A stretch of 64,000 bases of DNA from the NCBI GenBank assembly GCA_963848295.1, contig CAWKDB010000010.1, positions 224,001 to 288,000 of the forward strand, given 5' to 3'. This document shows, in pieces, positions 9,776-23,297 of this stretch. The first letter of the stretch is position 1; each line of letters begins with the position of its first letter. A model generated the notes under the pieces. That model did no database searches. It saw only the letters and a program-made list of their open reading frames with translations, and was not told the DNA's origin. The stretch comes from an uncultured delta proteobacterium (GTDB lineage Bacteria > Myxococcota_A > Polyangia > Haliangiales > Haliangiaceae). A program made the translations under genes and the position numbers.

Positions 9776-10933
9776 TTAGACGAGGTCTTCGTCGCGATCG
9801 ACGACATAGCCGACGAAGTTCACCAGCGCCGGGAAAAAAGCATCCGAGCTCGCCGGGAGCAGCTCGCCGACCTCGTCGGCGTGGACGATCTGCTCGAGCG
9901 AGAGCGGCCGCATGATCACGCCGAGCGAGGCTTGGCCGCCGTGGACCTGGGCAGCGACGACCGCGGGATCGAGCTCGGCCGCGATCTGAGCGCCGGGTGC
10001 GCCGCGCGCGAGGAACAACTTGTCGACGACGACCGGATCGTACTTCTGGATCGCACGGTGGACCTCGACGCCCTCATTGACCGGGCTGACGTCGGGCTTG
10101 AGCATCAGCTTGTAGGCGTCCTTGTCGCCCGCGAACACGACGACGAACGCCGGCTGGTGAGCGACGGTCGCGGCGAGCGCGGCGCGTTGCTTGTCCGGTG
10201 ATGTCGCGGCGTCGCCGAGCTTGTCGATCTCGAACCACGGCTTGACCGCGGCGAGCACCGCGTCGCGCTCGAACGCACCGCGCACGAGGCGATGGCGCGG
10301 CGCGACGACGAGCGCGGGCTCGGCGAGGTCGACGAGGCAGAACAGCCCGTAGTTCGCCGACGAGTACATCGACAGCTCGCCGAGCGACGCGCGGTAGTCG
10401 AGCATCGCCTCGTAGCGCGCGTGGCCATCGAGCACGTGGATCTTGCGCGGCGCGAACAGCCGGCGCAACGACCCGAGCACCTCCGCCGACGACACCCGCC
10501 ACAGCTTGTGCTCGGTGCCATCGGCCGTCGTCATCTTGACGACGGGCTTGCCAGTATCGACCGAGCGGAACAGCCGCTCGATGTCACCGCCGGGATCGCG
10601 GTAGCCGGCGAGCACCGGCTCGTCGTACGCGCCCGCCTTCGCGAACCGCTGGGCCGCCGCCGAGCGCGCTTGCGGATCGGTCGCCTCGTGCGGCCGGATC
10701 GTGCCTTCGCTCCACGGCTCGAGCCCGACCGCACACACCAACGACTTGCGCGTGATCGTGCGGCGATTCGTCGGGAACGAGACGTGATAGCGATAGACCG
10801 CGCGGGTCGCGTCGCGAACGAGCTCGCCCGCCGCGAGCTTGCCGGGAACATCGATCGGCCCGAGCGCGAGCTTGTCGACGTCGGCCTTCGCGCGATCCCA
10901 GAGCGCGCCGCGGAATCCAGCCAGCTGAGCCAT
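9776..10933 (-). CDS. DUF1015-family protein
   Basis: Start re-called at MAQLAGFRG; IRPHEAT, VLDGHARYE, P.HRLV and FFP motifs. Confidence 0.8.
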   Translation of the reverse strand: MAQLAGFRGALWDRAKADVDKLALGPIDVPGKLAAGELVRDATRAVYRYHVSFPTNRRTITRKSLVCAVGLEPWSEGTIRPHEATDPQARSAAAQRFAKAGAYDEPVLAGYRDPGGDIERLFRSVDTGKPVVKMTTADGTEHKLWRVSSAEVLGSLRRLFAPRKIHVLDGHARYEAMLDYRASLGELSMYSSANYGLFCLVDLAEPALVVAPRHRLVRGAFERDAVLAAVKPWFEIDKLGDAATSPDKQRAALAATVAHQPAFVVVFAGDKDAYKLMLKPDVSPVNEGVEVHRAIQKYDPVVVDKLFLARGAPGAQIAAELDPAVVAAQVHGGQASLGVIMRPLSLEQIVHADEVGELLPASSDAFFPALVNFVGYVVDRDEDLV

Positions 10934-10938
10934 CGCGC

Positions 10939-12213
10939 CTACGCTATCACCGTTGCTGGACGCGTTCCGATGTCGCGCCGGACTTGCTTGCCGGCAAGCT
11001 CGATCGCATCGACCACCGCATAGGCGCGCCGCCGCGCGGCCTCGACGTCGTCGCCGAGCGCGGTGACGCCGAGCACCCGGCCGCCGGCGCTGACCAGCTG
11101 GCCGTCGCGGAGAGCCGTGCCGGCGTGAAACACGACGAGCTCGCCGGTCGGCGCCGGGATGCCCGCGATCGGATCGCCGGTCCGCGGATCGCCCGGATAG
11201 CCAGCCGCCGCGACGACGAGGCACACCGCGGTGCGCGGATCCCAGGCGAGCGAGCCTTCGGTCAACTGGCCGCGCGCGCACGCCGCGAGCACCGCGCCGA
11301 GGTCGCCGCGCAGACGCGCCATGATCGGCTGGGTCTCGGGATCGCCGAACCGGCAGTTGTACTCGAGCAGCCACGGCGCGCCGGCGGCGTCGACCATGAC
11401 GCCGGCGTAGAGCACGCCGCGGTAGTCGATGCGGTCGGCGACGAGGCCGCGCAGCGTCGGTCCGAGGATGTCGCGCGTGATCCGATCGAGGATCGGCTGG
11501 GCCGGCCAAGCCGGCGACACCGTGCCCATGCCGCCGGTGTTCGCGCCGCGATCGCCGTCGAAGATCGTCTTGTGGTCCTCGGCGGCCGGAAGGATCTCGA
11601 GGCGGTTGCCATCGGTGAGCGCGAGCACCGACACCTCGCGGCCGATGATCCGCTGTTCGATCACGACGGTCGCGCCCGCAGCACCGAACCGCCGCGCCTC
11701 GAGCATGTCGGCTGCGGCCGCGCGCGCCTCGACCGGTGAATCCGCGACGACGACGCCCTTGCCGGCGGCCAGGCCGTCCGCCTTGACGACGACCTGACGG
11801 CCACCCTCGGTGAGCCGCGCGATCGCCGCGTCGGCTTCGGCGGGCGTCGCCGCGATCTCGAACGCCGCGGTCGGGATGTGATGGCGCGCGAAGAACTGCT
11901 TGCTGAACACCTTGCTGCCTTCGAGCCGGGCGCCCGCTTCGCCGGGTCCGAACGTCGCGAGGCCCCGCGCTCGCAGGCGATCCGCGAGTCCGGCGACGAG
12001 CGGTCCTTCGGGTCCGACGACGACCAGCTCGACCCGCTCCGCCGCCGCGAGCTCGACCAGCCGATCGAGCTCGCCGACCGCGACCGCGACGCAGCGCGCG
12101 ACCTCGGCGATGCCTGGATTGCCAGGCGCCGCCAAGACCTCGTGACCCGCGAGCGCCAGCCGCCATGCGATCGCGTGCTCGCGCCCGCCGCCGCCGACGA
12201 TGAGGATCTTCAA
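10939..12213 (-). CDS. purD: Phosphoribosylamine--glycine ligase
   Basis: TTG start, [41 protein letters not shown]. Confidence 0.97.
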   Translation of the reverse strand: MKILIVGGGGREHAIAWRLALAGHEVLAAPGNPGIAEVARCVAVAVGELDRLVELAAAERVELVVVGPEGPLVAGLADRLRARGLATFGPGEAGARLEGSKVFSKQFFARHHIPTAAFEIAATPAEADAAIARLTEGGRQVVVKADGLAAGKGVVVADSPVEARAAAADMLEARRFGAAGATVVIEQRIIGREVSVLALTDGNRLEILPAAEDHKTIFDGDRGANTGGMGTVSPAWPAQPILDRITRDILGPTLRGLVADRIDYRGVLYAGVMVDAAGAPWLLEYNCRFGDPETQPIMARLRGDLGAVLAACARGQLTEGSLAWDPRTAVCLVVAAAGYPGDPRTGDPIAGIPAPTGELVVFHAGTALRDGQLVSAGGRVLGVTALGDDVEAARRRAYAVVDAIELAGKQVRRDIGTRPATVIA

Positions 12214-12596
12214 CCGTTGGCCTTTTCGGCGGCGGTGAGCTGCCGGAAGAACACGATGCGATTGCCCGCGCCGTCCTGCACCGACATCTCGCGCGTGCCC
12301 CACTCCTGGTCCTGAAGGCCTGGGCGGTAGTTCTTGTACCGCTTCGCGGTCAGCTCGGCGTGAAACGCTTCGAGGTCGTCGCAGCGGATCCGGATCGCCG
12401 CGCCCGGGCAGCCGTCGCCGTGGTGCTCGGTGATGTGCAACACGCAGTCGTCGCGCGAGATGCCCATGTACAGCGGCAGCGTCGGCTCGAACCGGTGCTC
12501 GAAGTCGACCTTGAAGCCGAGCCAGTCGATGTAGAACTCCTTCGCCTTGGCTTCGTCGAAGGACCTCAAGATCGGGACGGGGGCGTGGAGCTTCAT
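12210..12596 (-). CDS. Glyoxalase/VOC superfamily protein
   Basis: [31 protein letters not shown]. Confidence 0.85.
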   Translation of the reverse strand: MKLHAPVPILRSFDEAKAKEFYIDWLGFKVDFEHRFEPTLPLYMGISRDDCVLHITEHHGDGCPGAAIRIRCDDLEAFHAELTAKRYKNYRPGLQDQEWGTREMSVQDGAGNRIVFFRQLTAAEKANG

Positions 12597-12598
12597 GG

Positions 12599-14194
12599 TC
12601 AGTGCCTGAAGTGGCGCATGCCGGTGAACAGCATCGCGAGGCCGTGCTCGTCGGCGGCGGCGATGACCTCGGGATCGCGGACCGAGCCGCCGGGCTGCAC
12701 GACCGCGACCGCGCCCGCGCCGGCGAGCACGTCGACGCCGTCGCGGAACGGGAAGAACGCGTCCGACGCGACCGAGCTGCCCTTCAGCTTGTCCCCGGCC
12801 TTGCGCTCGCAGATCCGGACCGAATCGATCCGGCTCATCTGGCCGGCGCCGATGCCGATCGTGACTCCGTCCTTCGCGAACACGATCGCGTTCGACTTGA
12901 CGTGCTTGGCGACTCGCCACGCGAATGCGAGGTCGGCGCGCTCGGCGGCGCTCGGCGAGCGCTTGGTCGCCACCGTCGCCGTCGCGAGATCGACCATGCC
13001 GTGATCGACGGTCTGGACCAGCGCACCACCGGCGATCGTGCGTACCGACCACGCGAGCTCGCCCGTCGGGGGCGCCCACGTGCCGGTCGCGGCGACGAGG
13101 CGCAGGTTCTTCTTCGCGGCGAGGAGATCGCGCGCCGCGGCGGAATAGCCGGGCGCGACGACACACTCGAGGAACGTCTCGACCAACAACCTCGCGAGCA
13201 CCTCGTCGACCTCGCGGTTGACCGCGACGATGCTGCCGAACGCCGACGTGGCATCCGCTTCGCGAGCGCGCAGGTACGCCGCGGCGACATCGCGATCGAC
13301 CGCGGCACCGCACGGGTTGTTGTGCTTGACGACGATGGCGGCCGGCTCCGTAAACTCGATGGCGAGGCCGAGCGCCGCGTCGAGATCGAGGATGTTGTTG
13401 TACGACAGCTGCTTGCCGCCGAGCACCTCGGCACCGGCGATCGTCGGACGCGACGAAGCGGTCGGGAGCGGAGAGCGGCCGTCGGCGTAGAACGCGGCCC
13501 TCTGGTGTGGGTTCTCGCCATAGCGCAGCTCGTACAGCCGGCGCCACTGCACCGACAGCGTGTCGGGGAGCTCGCGGCGGGCCGGCGCGCGATCACGAGC
13601 GGTCGCGACAGCATCGTCGATCGAGCTGAGGTAGGCGGCAATCGCCGCGTCGTACGCCGACGTATGCGCGAACGCCTTGCGCGCGAGCTGGAGCCGGCGC
13701 TCTGCCGGCACCGAACCATGGGCGCGAAGGTCGGCGATGACCTGCGCGTAGTCGTCGGGCTCGACCACGACCGCGACGCGCTCGTGATTCTTCGCGGCCG
13801 AGCGCAGCATCGACGGCCCGCCGATGTCGATGTTCTCGATCGCGTCTTCGAACGACGTGGTCGCCTTCGCGATCGTCTGCTCGAACGGGTAGAGGTTCAC
13901 CACGACGAGATCGATGACCTCGATCGCCTGGGTCGCGAGCTCGGCGCGATGCGCGGGGGTATCGCGCGCGAGCAAGCCGCCGTGGATCTTCGGGTGGAGG
14001 GTCTTCACGCGGCCGTCGAGGATCTCCGGAGCGCCCGTGTGATCCGAGACCTGTTTCACCGCCACCCCCGCGGCCGACAGCGCGGCCGCCGTGCCCCCAG
14101 TCGACAGGATCTCGATCCCCAGCTCGCCGAGCGCCTTGCCCAGCTCGACCACGCCCCGCTTGTCCGAAACCGAAACCAGCGCGCGCCGTATCAT
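12599..14194 (-). CDS. purH: Bifunctional AICAR transformylase/IMP cyclohydrolase
   Basis: [48 protein letters not shown]. Confidence 0.98.
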   Translation of the reverse strand: MIRRALVSVSDKRGVVELGKALGELGIEILSTGGTAAALSAAGVAVKQVSDHTGAPEILDGRVKTLHPKIHGGLLARDTPAHRAELATQAIEVIDLVVVNLYPFEQTIAKATTSFEDAIENIDIGGPSMLRSAAKNHERVAVVVEPDDYAQVIADLRAHGSVPAERRLQLARKAFAHTSAYDAAIAAYLSSIDDAVATARDRAPARRELPDTLSVQWRRLYELRYGENPHQRAAFYADGRSPLPTASSRPTIAGAEVLGGKQLSYNNILDLDAALGLAIEFTEPAAIVVKHNNPCGAAVDRDVAAAYLRAREADATSAFGSIVAVNREVDEVLARLLVETFLECVVAPGYSAAARDLLAAKKNLRLVAATGTWAPPTGELAWSVRTIAGGALVQTVDHGMVDLATATVATKRSPSAAERADLAFAWRVAKHVKSNAIVFAKDGVTIGIGAGQMSRIDSVRICERKAGDKLKGSSVASDAFFPFRDGVDVLAGAGAVAVVQPGGSVRDPEVIAAADEHGLAMLFTGMRHFRH

Positions 14195-14248
14195 CCAGCG
14201 CTAGTACCAACCACCGACAACCGGGTCAACCCCGGTCGCGCCCGCCGG

Positions 14249-14866
14249 TCAATTGCGGATCTTTTGCTTCTGCAATGCCGCTTGATTCGCGAGCAACTCC
14301 GCGCCGAGCTCGTCGGGTGACGGCGAGCCCATCTTGAGCTTCAGCAAGCCGCGGACCTCGACCTGGCGGATGCGCTCCCGCGTCAGGTTCATGATCTCGC
14401 CGACCTCTTCGAGCGTGATGCCGCCGCGCTCGGCCACATCGAGCGCGCAGGTGTGGCGCAGCTCCCACGGTTCGAGATCGGGGAAGTTGATCTTGATCGA
14501 GCCGGTCTCGGGATTGATGTCGAGATAGAGGTGGTGCTTGCACGCCACCCAGGGGCACGGCCGCACCTCTTCCCGGCACTCCGAGCGGTTCGTCGGGCGT
14601 GGGATGTCGACCGGCGGATACATCATCGCGCCGACGCGCAGCTCTTCGCGAGTCAACCGCTTCATCGCGATCGTCTTGCTCCGTGGCCGCGTCCGGCGAC
14701 GTCGCCGGCGGATCTTGCGGCTGACCTCCGGGAGCTCGCCGCTCACCGCGGCTTCGCTCTCGGTATCGCCGAGCCCGCCGTCGCCTTCGCCGTCTCCATC
14801 GGCGTCAGCTTCGATCGGGTCGGCATCTAGCTCTTCGGTATCGTCATCGCGATCATCGGCGCTCAT
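14249..14866 (-). CDS. Cys/His-motif protein with stand-alone sigma70 region-4 HTH
   Basis: Acidic N-terminus, Arg-rich patch, C-x6-CPWxxCKHH...C motif, [27 protein letters not shown] upstream of ATG. Confidence 0.8.
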   Translation of the reverse strand: MSADDRDDDTEELDADPIEADADGDGEGDGGLGDTESEAAVSGELPEVSRKIRRRRRRTRPRSKTIAMKRLTREELRVGAMMYPPVDIPRPTNRSECREEVRPCPWVACKHHLYLDINPETGSIKINFPDLEPWELRHTCALDVAERGGITLEEVGEIMNLTRERIRQVEVRGLLKLKMGSPSPDELGAELLANQAALQKQKIRN

Positions 14867-14900
14867 GGTTCTCCCTCGGTAGACGGCGCGGGTTGACGGT

Positions 14901-15587
14901 TCAGAGCAGGTCCTCGGCGCCCCCCGCGGCGCCGGCCAGACGAAGCGTGTCGGTACGCGGCGCGGCGACGCGTCGCGTGAGCTCCCCGAGGCGAACGACC
15001 AAACGGTCGCCGTCGCGGCGGGCCTCGGCGAGTTGCTTGTGCACCTCGCCGCGAGTCGTGGGATCGAGCCGATCGGTGTCGGCATCGAGCCGCGCCCACA
15101 GCGCGGCCAAGTGCTCGCCGACCCCTTCGACGAGATCGGTGTAGAGCAGAAACTGCCCCTGGATCTCTTCGATCGTGTAGCCGTCGATCATCAGCTGCTT
15201 GACCGCGTTGATCCGGCGCACGGTCTTGGCCGGGTACAGGCCGAGCGAGCCGCGGTGCTTGCCCTTGCGGCCGACGCGACGGCTGCGCGGCAACAAGCCC
15301 TGCTGGACGTACTTGCGGAAGCTCGCTTCCGAGAACTTGATGCCGCGGCTGGTGAACGCGTCGACGACCTGCACCGCGGTCAGCCCGTCCGCGTAGTGCG
15401 CTTCGATCGCGGAGAGCTCGTGATCGACGAGCAATGCGGTCCGCAACGCACCACCGACCGCCGCCGGCGCGTCGTCATCGTAGCGAGCCGCGCCGCCGTT
15501 CTCGTGCGGCACGCGGTAGCCCCGCAACGGAACGACCTTCCCCGCGGTCGTCGCATGCAGCGCCCAGCCTTGATGACGTGAAACCAA
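14901..15587 (-). CDS. MerR-like HTH DNA-binding protein
   Basis: [19 protein letters not shown]...GLYP...[20 protein letters not shown] start inferred from a GGGAG SD. Confidence 0.7.
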   Translation of the reverse strand: MVSRHQGWALHATTAGKVVPLRGYRVPHENGGAARYDDDAPAAVGGALRTALLVDHELSAIEAHYADGLTAVQVVDAFTSRGIKFSEASFRKYVQQGLLPRSRRVGRKGKHRGSLGLYPAKTVRRINAVKQLMIDGYTIEEIQGQFLLYTDLVEGVGEHLAALWARLDADTDRLDPTTRGEVHKQLAEARRDGDRLVVRLGELTRRVAAPRTDTLRLAGAAGGAEDLL

Positions 15588-15753
15588 CGGAATCTCCCTC
15601 GATGACGAAAACGAAAACGACGACACGACGCACGGCGCGACGACCGACGGCTCTCGCGAGCGGCGTCTCAGTCGTCCCGTGTGCGTGCCCCCCTAACTCG
15701 CGTATCCACCTTCGCTGGTCGCTGGAAGAACCATTGTCCGACGAAGTACAGTC

Positions 15754-15782
15754 ACAGTATTCGCGTGAATGTAATCGGTCAA
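15754..15782 (-). promoter_or_regulatory. Putative sigma70-type promoter for the MerR-like/sigma4 pair
   Basis: TTGACC-N17-TACTGT on the minus strand in an AT-rich intergenic tract. Confidence 0.55.
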
Positions 15783-15867
15783 CAATAGCCAACGTGAAAG
15801 AATCAACTTTTTAGCTGGGACTCTGTTCAGGTCGATCGAGGCGCTCCGTTCGGCTAGCGTCGTCCCG

Positions 15868-16692
15868 ATGACCCGGTTCTCGTCGCTGATCGCGAGCGCG
15901 ACTGCGCTCTGCATCGGCGTGCTCGCGGTCGTCGGCGAGCGACCGAGCCTGGCCGACCTCGACAACCAGGTGTTCACCTCGAAGACCGCGCTGGTCCGGC
16001 TCGTCGTGCCCCGCGGGTGGCGCGCCACCGACGAGCCGAGCTATCCCGGTGTGCTGCTGTGGATGATGCGCAGCGAGCCCGAAGGCCGCCTCGCATTGAC
16101 CGCGGAGCCGTTCACCCGCGACGTCTACTGCAGCTGGCCGATCACGTGCCGCACCGGCAAGGGTGCGGCGTTCTCGCTGCCCGCGAAAGCGGCATGCGCG
16201 CTGCGCAGCCGGTTGCTGACCCAGCACATGCGCACGATCGGCGACGCGCAGGCCGGACCGAAGGAGAACGACGACGCGGGCCTACCCTCGGTGTGGTTCG
16301 AGTACGACGACGGCGGCCACTTCATGCGGCAGGCGATCGCGGTCGACGAGGATCGCGTGGTCAGCCTCGTGCTCAGCACGCCGACCAGCGAAGCACGCGC
16401 CGGCTACGTGCGCGCGTTCGAGCAAGCGTTGCGCACGTTGCGGCCGGTCAACGCCGAAGAGGAGGCGGCGATCACCGCGAGCGTCGGTTCGGGATCCGGT
16501 AGTGCCGGCGTCGGCGCGGGCGCGACGACCGCGGTCGGGCCGGGGTTGAGCTCGGCGACGGTTCCTGGGTCCGGATCGGGTGCAGGCTCGGGCTCGGGCT
16601 CGCCCGCGGTCGTAAAACCGTTCGCTAGCGCCGAGCCGGCGCCGGGTGCGGCGGAGAAGATTCCGGCGGTGGGCTCGTGCGTGAAGACGTGA
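15868..16692 (+). CDS. Secreted hypothetical protein with a Gly/Ser-rich tail
   Basis: Signal-peptide-like N-terminus; GSGSG linker; possible PsbP-like fold (weak). Confidence 0.65.
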   Translation: MTRFSSLIASATALCIGVLAVVGERPSLADLDNQVFTSKTALVRLVVPRGWRATDEPSYPGVLLWMMRSEPEGRLALTAEPFTRDVYCSWPITCRTGKGAAFSLPAKAACALRSRLLTQHMRTIGDAQAGPKENDDAGLPSVWFEYDDGGHFMRQAIAVDEDRVVSLVLSTPTSEARAGYVRAFEQALRTLRPVNAEEEAAITASVGSGSGSAGVGAGATTAVGPGLSSATVPGSGSGAGSGSGSPAVVKPFASAEPAPGAAEKIPAVGSCVKT

Positions 16693-17446
16693 ACCCCGCG
16701 CGACGGATCGCGCCGTAGTCGGCGAGCAGATCCATCGGCCCGATATCGACGCAGCCATAGCGGCGATCAGCGGCGGCGCAGTAGACGCGGACGTGGAGGT
16801 GGTCGTCGTGGCGCGCGCTATCGCCGGGTTGATGCAGGGTCCGGCGCGCTCGCGCGATGATCTCCTCGGGCTCGCCAATCTTCTGCGCGTGCTCGATCAG
16901 CATCGCGGCGATCGGTTCGTACATGAAGATGTATTGCACCGGCGCCTCGGGCGCGGTGACGAGCATCTTGACGAGCAACCACGTCCGCGGCACGTCGACC
17001 GTGATCCCCGACTTGTCGACCGCGACGCCGCGCGCATCGAACACGTGCATCGCGTCGGGCTCGAACGGCTTGCCCGCCGCGTCGCGCATGTAATAGAGCA
17101 AGTCCGCGTCGCGACCGCTCTGATGCGAGCGATGAAACTCGCGCCCGCCCTCGCCGCCGCCCTCGCCGGAGAGGTCGGCGACCACGAGCCGGACGTCGTG
17201 GACCTGGGTCGCCATCCGCCGGGCGACGCCGACTACGAGATCGACGAGCTCGTCGGTGCCATAGCGGTTGTTGCGCCGCTTCCAGACTTCGCGCGTGATG
17301 AAGCCGTCGCCACGATCCGGGAGCCGTGCGCCTTCGATCAGGTAGCCGCCATTCGGCTTGCCGACCGAGATGCTCGTGCCGTCGGACACGACACCCAGCT
17401 CGGCGCAGGCCGAAACGACAAAGACCGCGCCGAGCAACGCTCGCAC
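16625..17446 (-). CDS. Penicillin-insensitive murein endopeptidase (MepA-like), lipoprotein
   Basis: HRSHQSGRDAD and HDDHLHVR zinc motifs; VSAC lipobox. Confidence 0.85.
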   Translation of the reverse strand: MRALLGAVFVVSACAELGVVSDGTSISVGKPNGGYLIEGARLPDRGDGFITREVWKRRNNRYGTDELVDLVVGVARRMATQVHDVRLVVADLSGEGGGEGGREFHRSHQSGRDADLLYYMRDAAGKPFEPDAMHVFDARGVAVDKSGITVDVPRTWLLVKMLVTAPEAPVQYIFMYEPIAAMLIEHAQKIGEPEEIIARARRTLHQPGDSARHDDHLHVRVYCAAADRRYGCVDIGPMDLLADYGAIRRAGFTSSRTSPPPESSPPHPAPARR

Positions 17447-17471
17447 GCGGTCAGTATGTCACGCCGTTCGC

Positions 17472-19391
17472 TCAGGTCGACTTGTCTTCGAACTCGGCGT
17501 CGATGACGTCGTCCTTCGCCCCGCCGGCAGGACCGCCGCCTTCGGTCTGGCCGCCACCTGCGCCGCCCTCGGGGGCGGCCTGCTTGTACATCGCCTCGGC
17601 GAGCTTGTGCGCCGCGGCCTGGAGCTTCTCGAACGCGCCGCGCAGCACCTCGGGCGAGCCGCCCTCCTTGTTGCTCTCGAGCACGCCCTCGGCCTCCTTC
17701 AACGCCTCTTCGATCATCAGCTTGTCGGTGTCGACGAGCTTCTCGCCGTTCTCCTGCACGAGCTTGCGGGTGCTGTAGACCAGCGTGTCGAGCTGGTTGC
17801 GAGCCTCGATCGACTCCTTGCGCTCTTTGTCCTCCGACTCGTGCTTTGCGGCGTCATCGACCGCGCGTTTGATGTCCGCCTCGGTCAGACCGCCAGACGC
17901 CTCGATCCGGATCGCGCGCTCGGTGTTCGTGGCCTTGTCCTTCGCGGTCACGTTGAGGATGCCGTTCGCATCGATGTCGAACGTCACTTCGATCTGCGGC
18001 ACGCCGCGCGGCGCCGGCGGGATGCCGGTGAGCTGGAACTTGCCGAGCGTCTTGTTGTCTTTCGACATCGGGCGCTCGCCCTGCGTGACGTGGACCTCGA
18101 CCGACGACTGGTTGTCGGCGGCGGTCGAGTAGGTCTCGGCCTTGCGCGTAGGGATCGTGGTGTTGCGCGGGATCATCGGCGTCATCACGCCGCCGAGCGT
18201 CTCGATGCCGAGCGTCAGCGGGGTGACATCGAGCAACAGGATGTCTTTGACGTCGCCCGACAGTACGCCGCCCTGCACCGCCGCACCGAGCGCGACGACC
18301 TCGTCGGCGTTGACGCTCTTGTTCGGCTCGCGCTTGAAGAACTCTTTGACCTTCGCCTGGACGAGCGGGATGCGGCTCGAGCCACCGACGAGCACGACCT
18401 CGTGGATGTCTTCGACCTTCTTGCCGGCATCGGCCAACGCCTTCTTGCACGGCTCCATCGTGCGGTTGACGATGTCTTCGATCATCTGCTCGAACTTGCT
18501 GCGCGACAGCTTCTTCAGCAGGTGCTTGGGGCCGGTCGCGTCGGCGGTCAGGTACGGCAGGTTGATCTCGGTCTCCTGCACGTTCGACAGCTCGATCTTG
18601 GCTTTCTCTGCCGCCTCCTTGAGGCGCTGGAGCACCATCTTGTCCTTGCTGACATCGATGCCGGTGTCCTTCTTGAACTCGGCGACGAGCCAGTCCATCA
18701 GGCGATTGTCGATGTCGTCACCGCCGAGGTGGGTATCGCCGTTCGTCGATACGACCTCGACGACCTTGTCGCCGACCTCGAGCACCGACACGTCGAACGT
18801 GCCGCCGCCCATGTCGAACACCGCGATCAGCTGCTCTTTGGTCTTGTCCAGGCCATAGGCGAGCGCCGCCGCGGTCGGCTCGTTGATGATGCGCTTGACG
18901 TCGAGGCCGGCGATCCGGCCGGCGTCCTTGGTCGCCTGGCGCTGGGTGTCGTTGAAGTACGCTGGCACGGTGATGACCGCTTCGGTCACCGGCTCGCCCA
19001 GATACTCCTCGGCCGCACGCTTCAGCTTCATCAGCACGCGCGCGCCGATCTCGGGCGGCGAGTACTTCTTGTTGCGGATGTCGAACGAGACGTCGCCGTT
19101 GCCCGCCGGGACCATCTTGAACGGGACGCGCTTGGCTTCCTCTTGCGTGACCGGGTCCGCAAACTTGCGGCCCATGAAGCGCTTGCTCGAGAACACCGTG
19201 TTCTCCGGGTTGGTGATGGCTTGACGCCGGGCGATCTGGCCGACCAGAACTTCACCCTTGTCGTCGAAAGCGACCACCGACGGGGTCAGGCGTGCGCCCT
19301 CCTCGTTCGCGATGACCTTCGGCTCCTTGCCCTCCATGATCGCAACCACGGAGTTGGTCGTGCCTAGGTCGATACCGATGATCTTGCCCAT
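17472..19391 (-). CDS. dnaK: Chaperone DnaK (Hsp70)
   Basis: [41 protein letters not shown]-terminal DAEFE. Confidence 0.99.
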   Translation of the reverse strand: MGKIIGIDLGTTNSVVAIMEGKEPKVIANEEGARLTPSVVAFDDKGEVLVGQIARRQAITNPENTVFSSKRFMGRKFADPVTQEEAKRVPFKMVPAGNGDVSFDIRNKKYSPPEIGARVLMKLKRAAEEYLGEPVTEAVITVPAYFNDTQRQATKDAGRIAGLDVKRIINEPTAAALAYGLDKTKEQLIAVFDMGGGTFDVSVLEVGDKVVEVVSTNGDTHLGGDDIDNRLMDWLVAEFKKDTGIDVSKDKMVLQRLKEAAEKAKIELSNVQETEINLPYLTADATGPKHLLKKLSRSKFEQMIEDIVNRTMEPCKKALADAGKKVEDIHEVVLVGGSSRIPLVQAKVKEFFKREPNKSVNADEVVALGAAVQGGVLSGDVKDILLLDVTPLTLGIETLGGVMTPMIPRNTTIPTRKAETYSTAADNQSSVEVHVTQGERPMSKDNKTLGKFQLTGIPPAPRGVPQIEVTFDIDANGILNVTAKDKATNTERAIRIEASGGLTEADIKRAVDDAAKHESEDKERKESIEARNQLDTLVYSTRKLVQENGEKLVDTDKLMIEEALKEAEGVLESNKEGGSPEVLRGAFEKLQAAAHKLAEAMYKQAAPEGGAGGGQTEGGGPAGGAKDDVIDAEFEDKST

Positions 19392-19429
19392 GACGTGTTT
19401 TCCTCGACTGCTGGATTTGTTTGCTGGCC

Positions 19430-19458
19430 AACCTAAGGACGGCTCAAGCCGCCGTCAA
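19430..19458 (-). promoter_or_regulatory. Putative dnaK promoter
   Basis: TTGACG-N17-TAGGTT; same hexamers as upstream of lon. Confidence 0.55.
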
Positions 19459-19596
19459 GACTGCGAACCCTCATCAGTTGGCGAGCTGGTCTGAACTAGG
19501 CTCGGTAACCGGTGGACCCGTGGCCTAAGGACACGGGGGGCCGAACAGGCGGTGACTCCAGCCGGTCTCCCGGTGCGCCGCGGTACGACTCGTCGG

Positions 19597-20010
19597 TCAC
19601 GACTGGATCCCGCCGAACCCGCCTCCTGGCGGCGGTCCCGATCGACCACCGCCGCCGTGAGCACCGAACGCGCGTTCGACTGCGAGGAACAACGCTGGCA
19701 GCTCGGCTTTATCGAGCCACACGCCATGCGCATCGCAGCGGTCGAGCTTGACGACCGGCGACAGCCTCTTGTCGAGCATCGCGAGGTGGATCCGACACGC
19801 GGTCATCGCGGTCTTGCACGACGGACATGCGCGATGCGAGCGGCGATCTTGATCGAACGTGATCGCGGCCGCGACATGGACGAGCTCCTCGATCGAGCTC
19901 GCCAGGTCGCCGACCGTCAAGAACATGCCGGTGCACGCATCGCAGCACAAGCGCCCGTTGAATGCGCGCAATGGTTTGGCGCAGGCCGGGCACGCGAGAG
20001 ATTCCGCCAT
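19597..20010 (-). CDS. Double zinc-ribbon (zf-TFIIB-like) protein
   Basis: CPAC...CDACTGMFL; CPSC...DRCDAHGVWLDKAEL. Confidence 0.75.
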   Translation of the reverse strand: MAESLACPACAKPLRAFNGRLCCDACTGMFLTVGDLASSIEELVHVAAAITFDQDRRSHRACPSCKTAMTACRIHLAMLDKRLSPVVKLDRCDAHGVWLDKAELPALFLAVERAFGAHGGGGRSGPPPGGGFGGIQS

Positions 20011-20056
20011 GGCGTCGAGCTTGCCAGACAACGCGCGGCGACGGACTCGCGCGAGG

Positions 20057-20438
20057 TCATTTGAACACCGGTTCAAAGCCGAGGTCGATCGGGCCGCTGG
20101 TCGACAGTGCGCTCGCGAGCGAGATCCCCGCGAACGCGACGTTCTCGCTCGTGTCGTTCGAGATCGCGTAGCCGGATCGAGCGGATTGATGAACTTGCCG
20201 CCGATGAGCGCGAACCCGGTGTCGTCCCCGTGGACCGCGAGCGCGGTCTCGATGTCGCCGGTGCCGTTCGTGTCGAGACGCCGCTGCCGATCACGAGGTA
20301 CACCGCGGTCTCGACATCGCCGGCGGCGATCAACATGCCGCCGCAGACATCGCAGACCTCACGCGCTCCATACGCGCGCAAGGCGACGCCGCACCGTGGA
20401 CAGGGATGACCGGTCACGGGCGGGGTGGTCGAGCTCAT
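20057..20438 (-). pseudogene. Frameshifted or chimeric zinc-ribbon gene
   Basis: CPRC...CDVCGGML N-terminus; protein-like sequence continues in two other frames (LDTNGTGDIETALAVHG..., GYAISNDTSEN...FEPVFK*). Confidence 0.45.
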
Positions 20439-22850
<2,412 letters not shown>

Positions 22851-22857
22851 ACGACGG

Positions 22858-22887
22858 AACCTAGCGATGCCGTTGTGTAGGCGTCAA
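22858..22887 (-). promoter_or_regulatory. Putative leaderless lon promoter
   Basis: TTGACG-N18-TAGGTT, then 7 nt to ATG with no SD. Confidence 0.55.
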
Positions 22888-23193
22888 GCAACCCTGCCCG
22901 TAATGACGGGCTGTTATCGTCGGCGTGACCGCGACCGATGATCTCCAGCGCTGACGGGCGCTGACGTTTCGGTAGAGGCGTCATCAGTCGCAACGAGACC
23001 GCAAGCCAACGGACGCCGCGCCGATCCAGCTGTCGAGCGGCGCCGCGGCGACGATTTAAACGGCGGCGCGGCCCTGCCGGGCAAGCGTGACCCCGGCGCG
23101 GCCACGCCGGCAACGAAGAACGCGGCAAGCGATTCGACCGAGGCTCGACGAGCCTGTCGGTTGACAAGAGTTCCTCCGTCCCCCGATCCGGTA

Positions 23194-23217
23194 TTGCCTG
23201 TTGCCTGTTGCCTGTTG
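23194..23217. repeat. Heptamer tandem (TTGCCTG)3
   Basis: Directly visible; reverse complement of the CAGGCAA array at 54220. Confidence 0.8.
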
Positions 23218-23261
23218 AGCAATTGATCAATTCCTCCCCTCACTTACAAATTCCTCTTGAC

Positions 23262-23296
23262 GGTCAGACCAGTTGGTCTTACCAATCGGTCAGACC
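23262..23296 (+). promoter_or_regulatory. Three tandem FadR/GntR-type operator boxes
   Basis: GGTCAGACC, GGTCTTACC and GGTCAGACC at a 13-bp period, between TTGACG (23257) and the regulator ATG (23298). Confidence 0.8.
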
Positions 23297-23297
23297 A

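Noticed and set aside
10934..12166. N-terminal extension of the 796-aa ORF
   Set aside because: Out-of-frame overlap with purD; the plausible protein begins at MAQLAGFRG (10933)
15575..15590. ACGTGAAAC as a parS site
   Set aside because: Half-site only; no 16-bp palindrome
19460..19596. Possible ncRNA upstream of dnaK (CCCGTG...CACGGG hairpin, CCTAAGGAC twice)
   Set aside because: No recognisable tRNA, SRP, 6S, tmRNA or riboswitch features; too weak without an Rfam search
22890..23190. Hairpin-rich lon-gntR intergenic region and its short ORFs
   Set aside because: No motifs or start signals; the short match to the IS1380 right end is explainable by GC content
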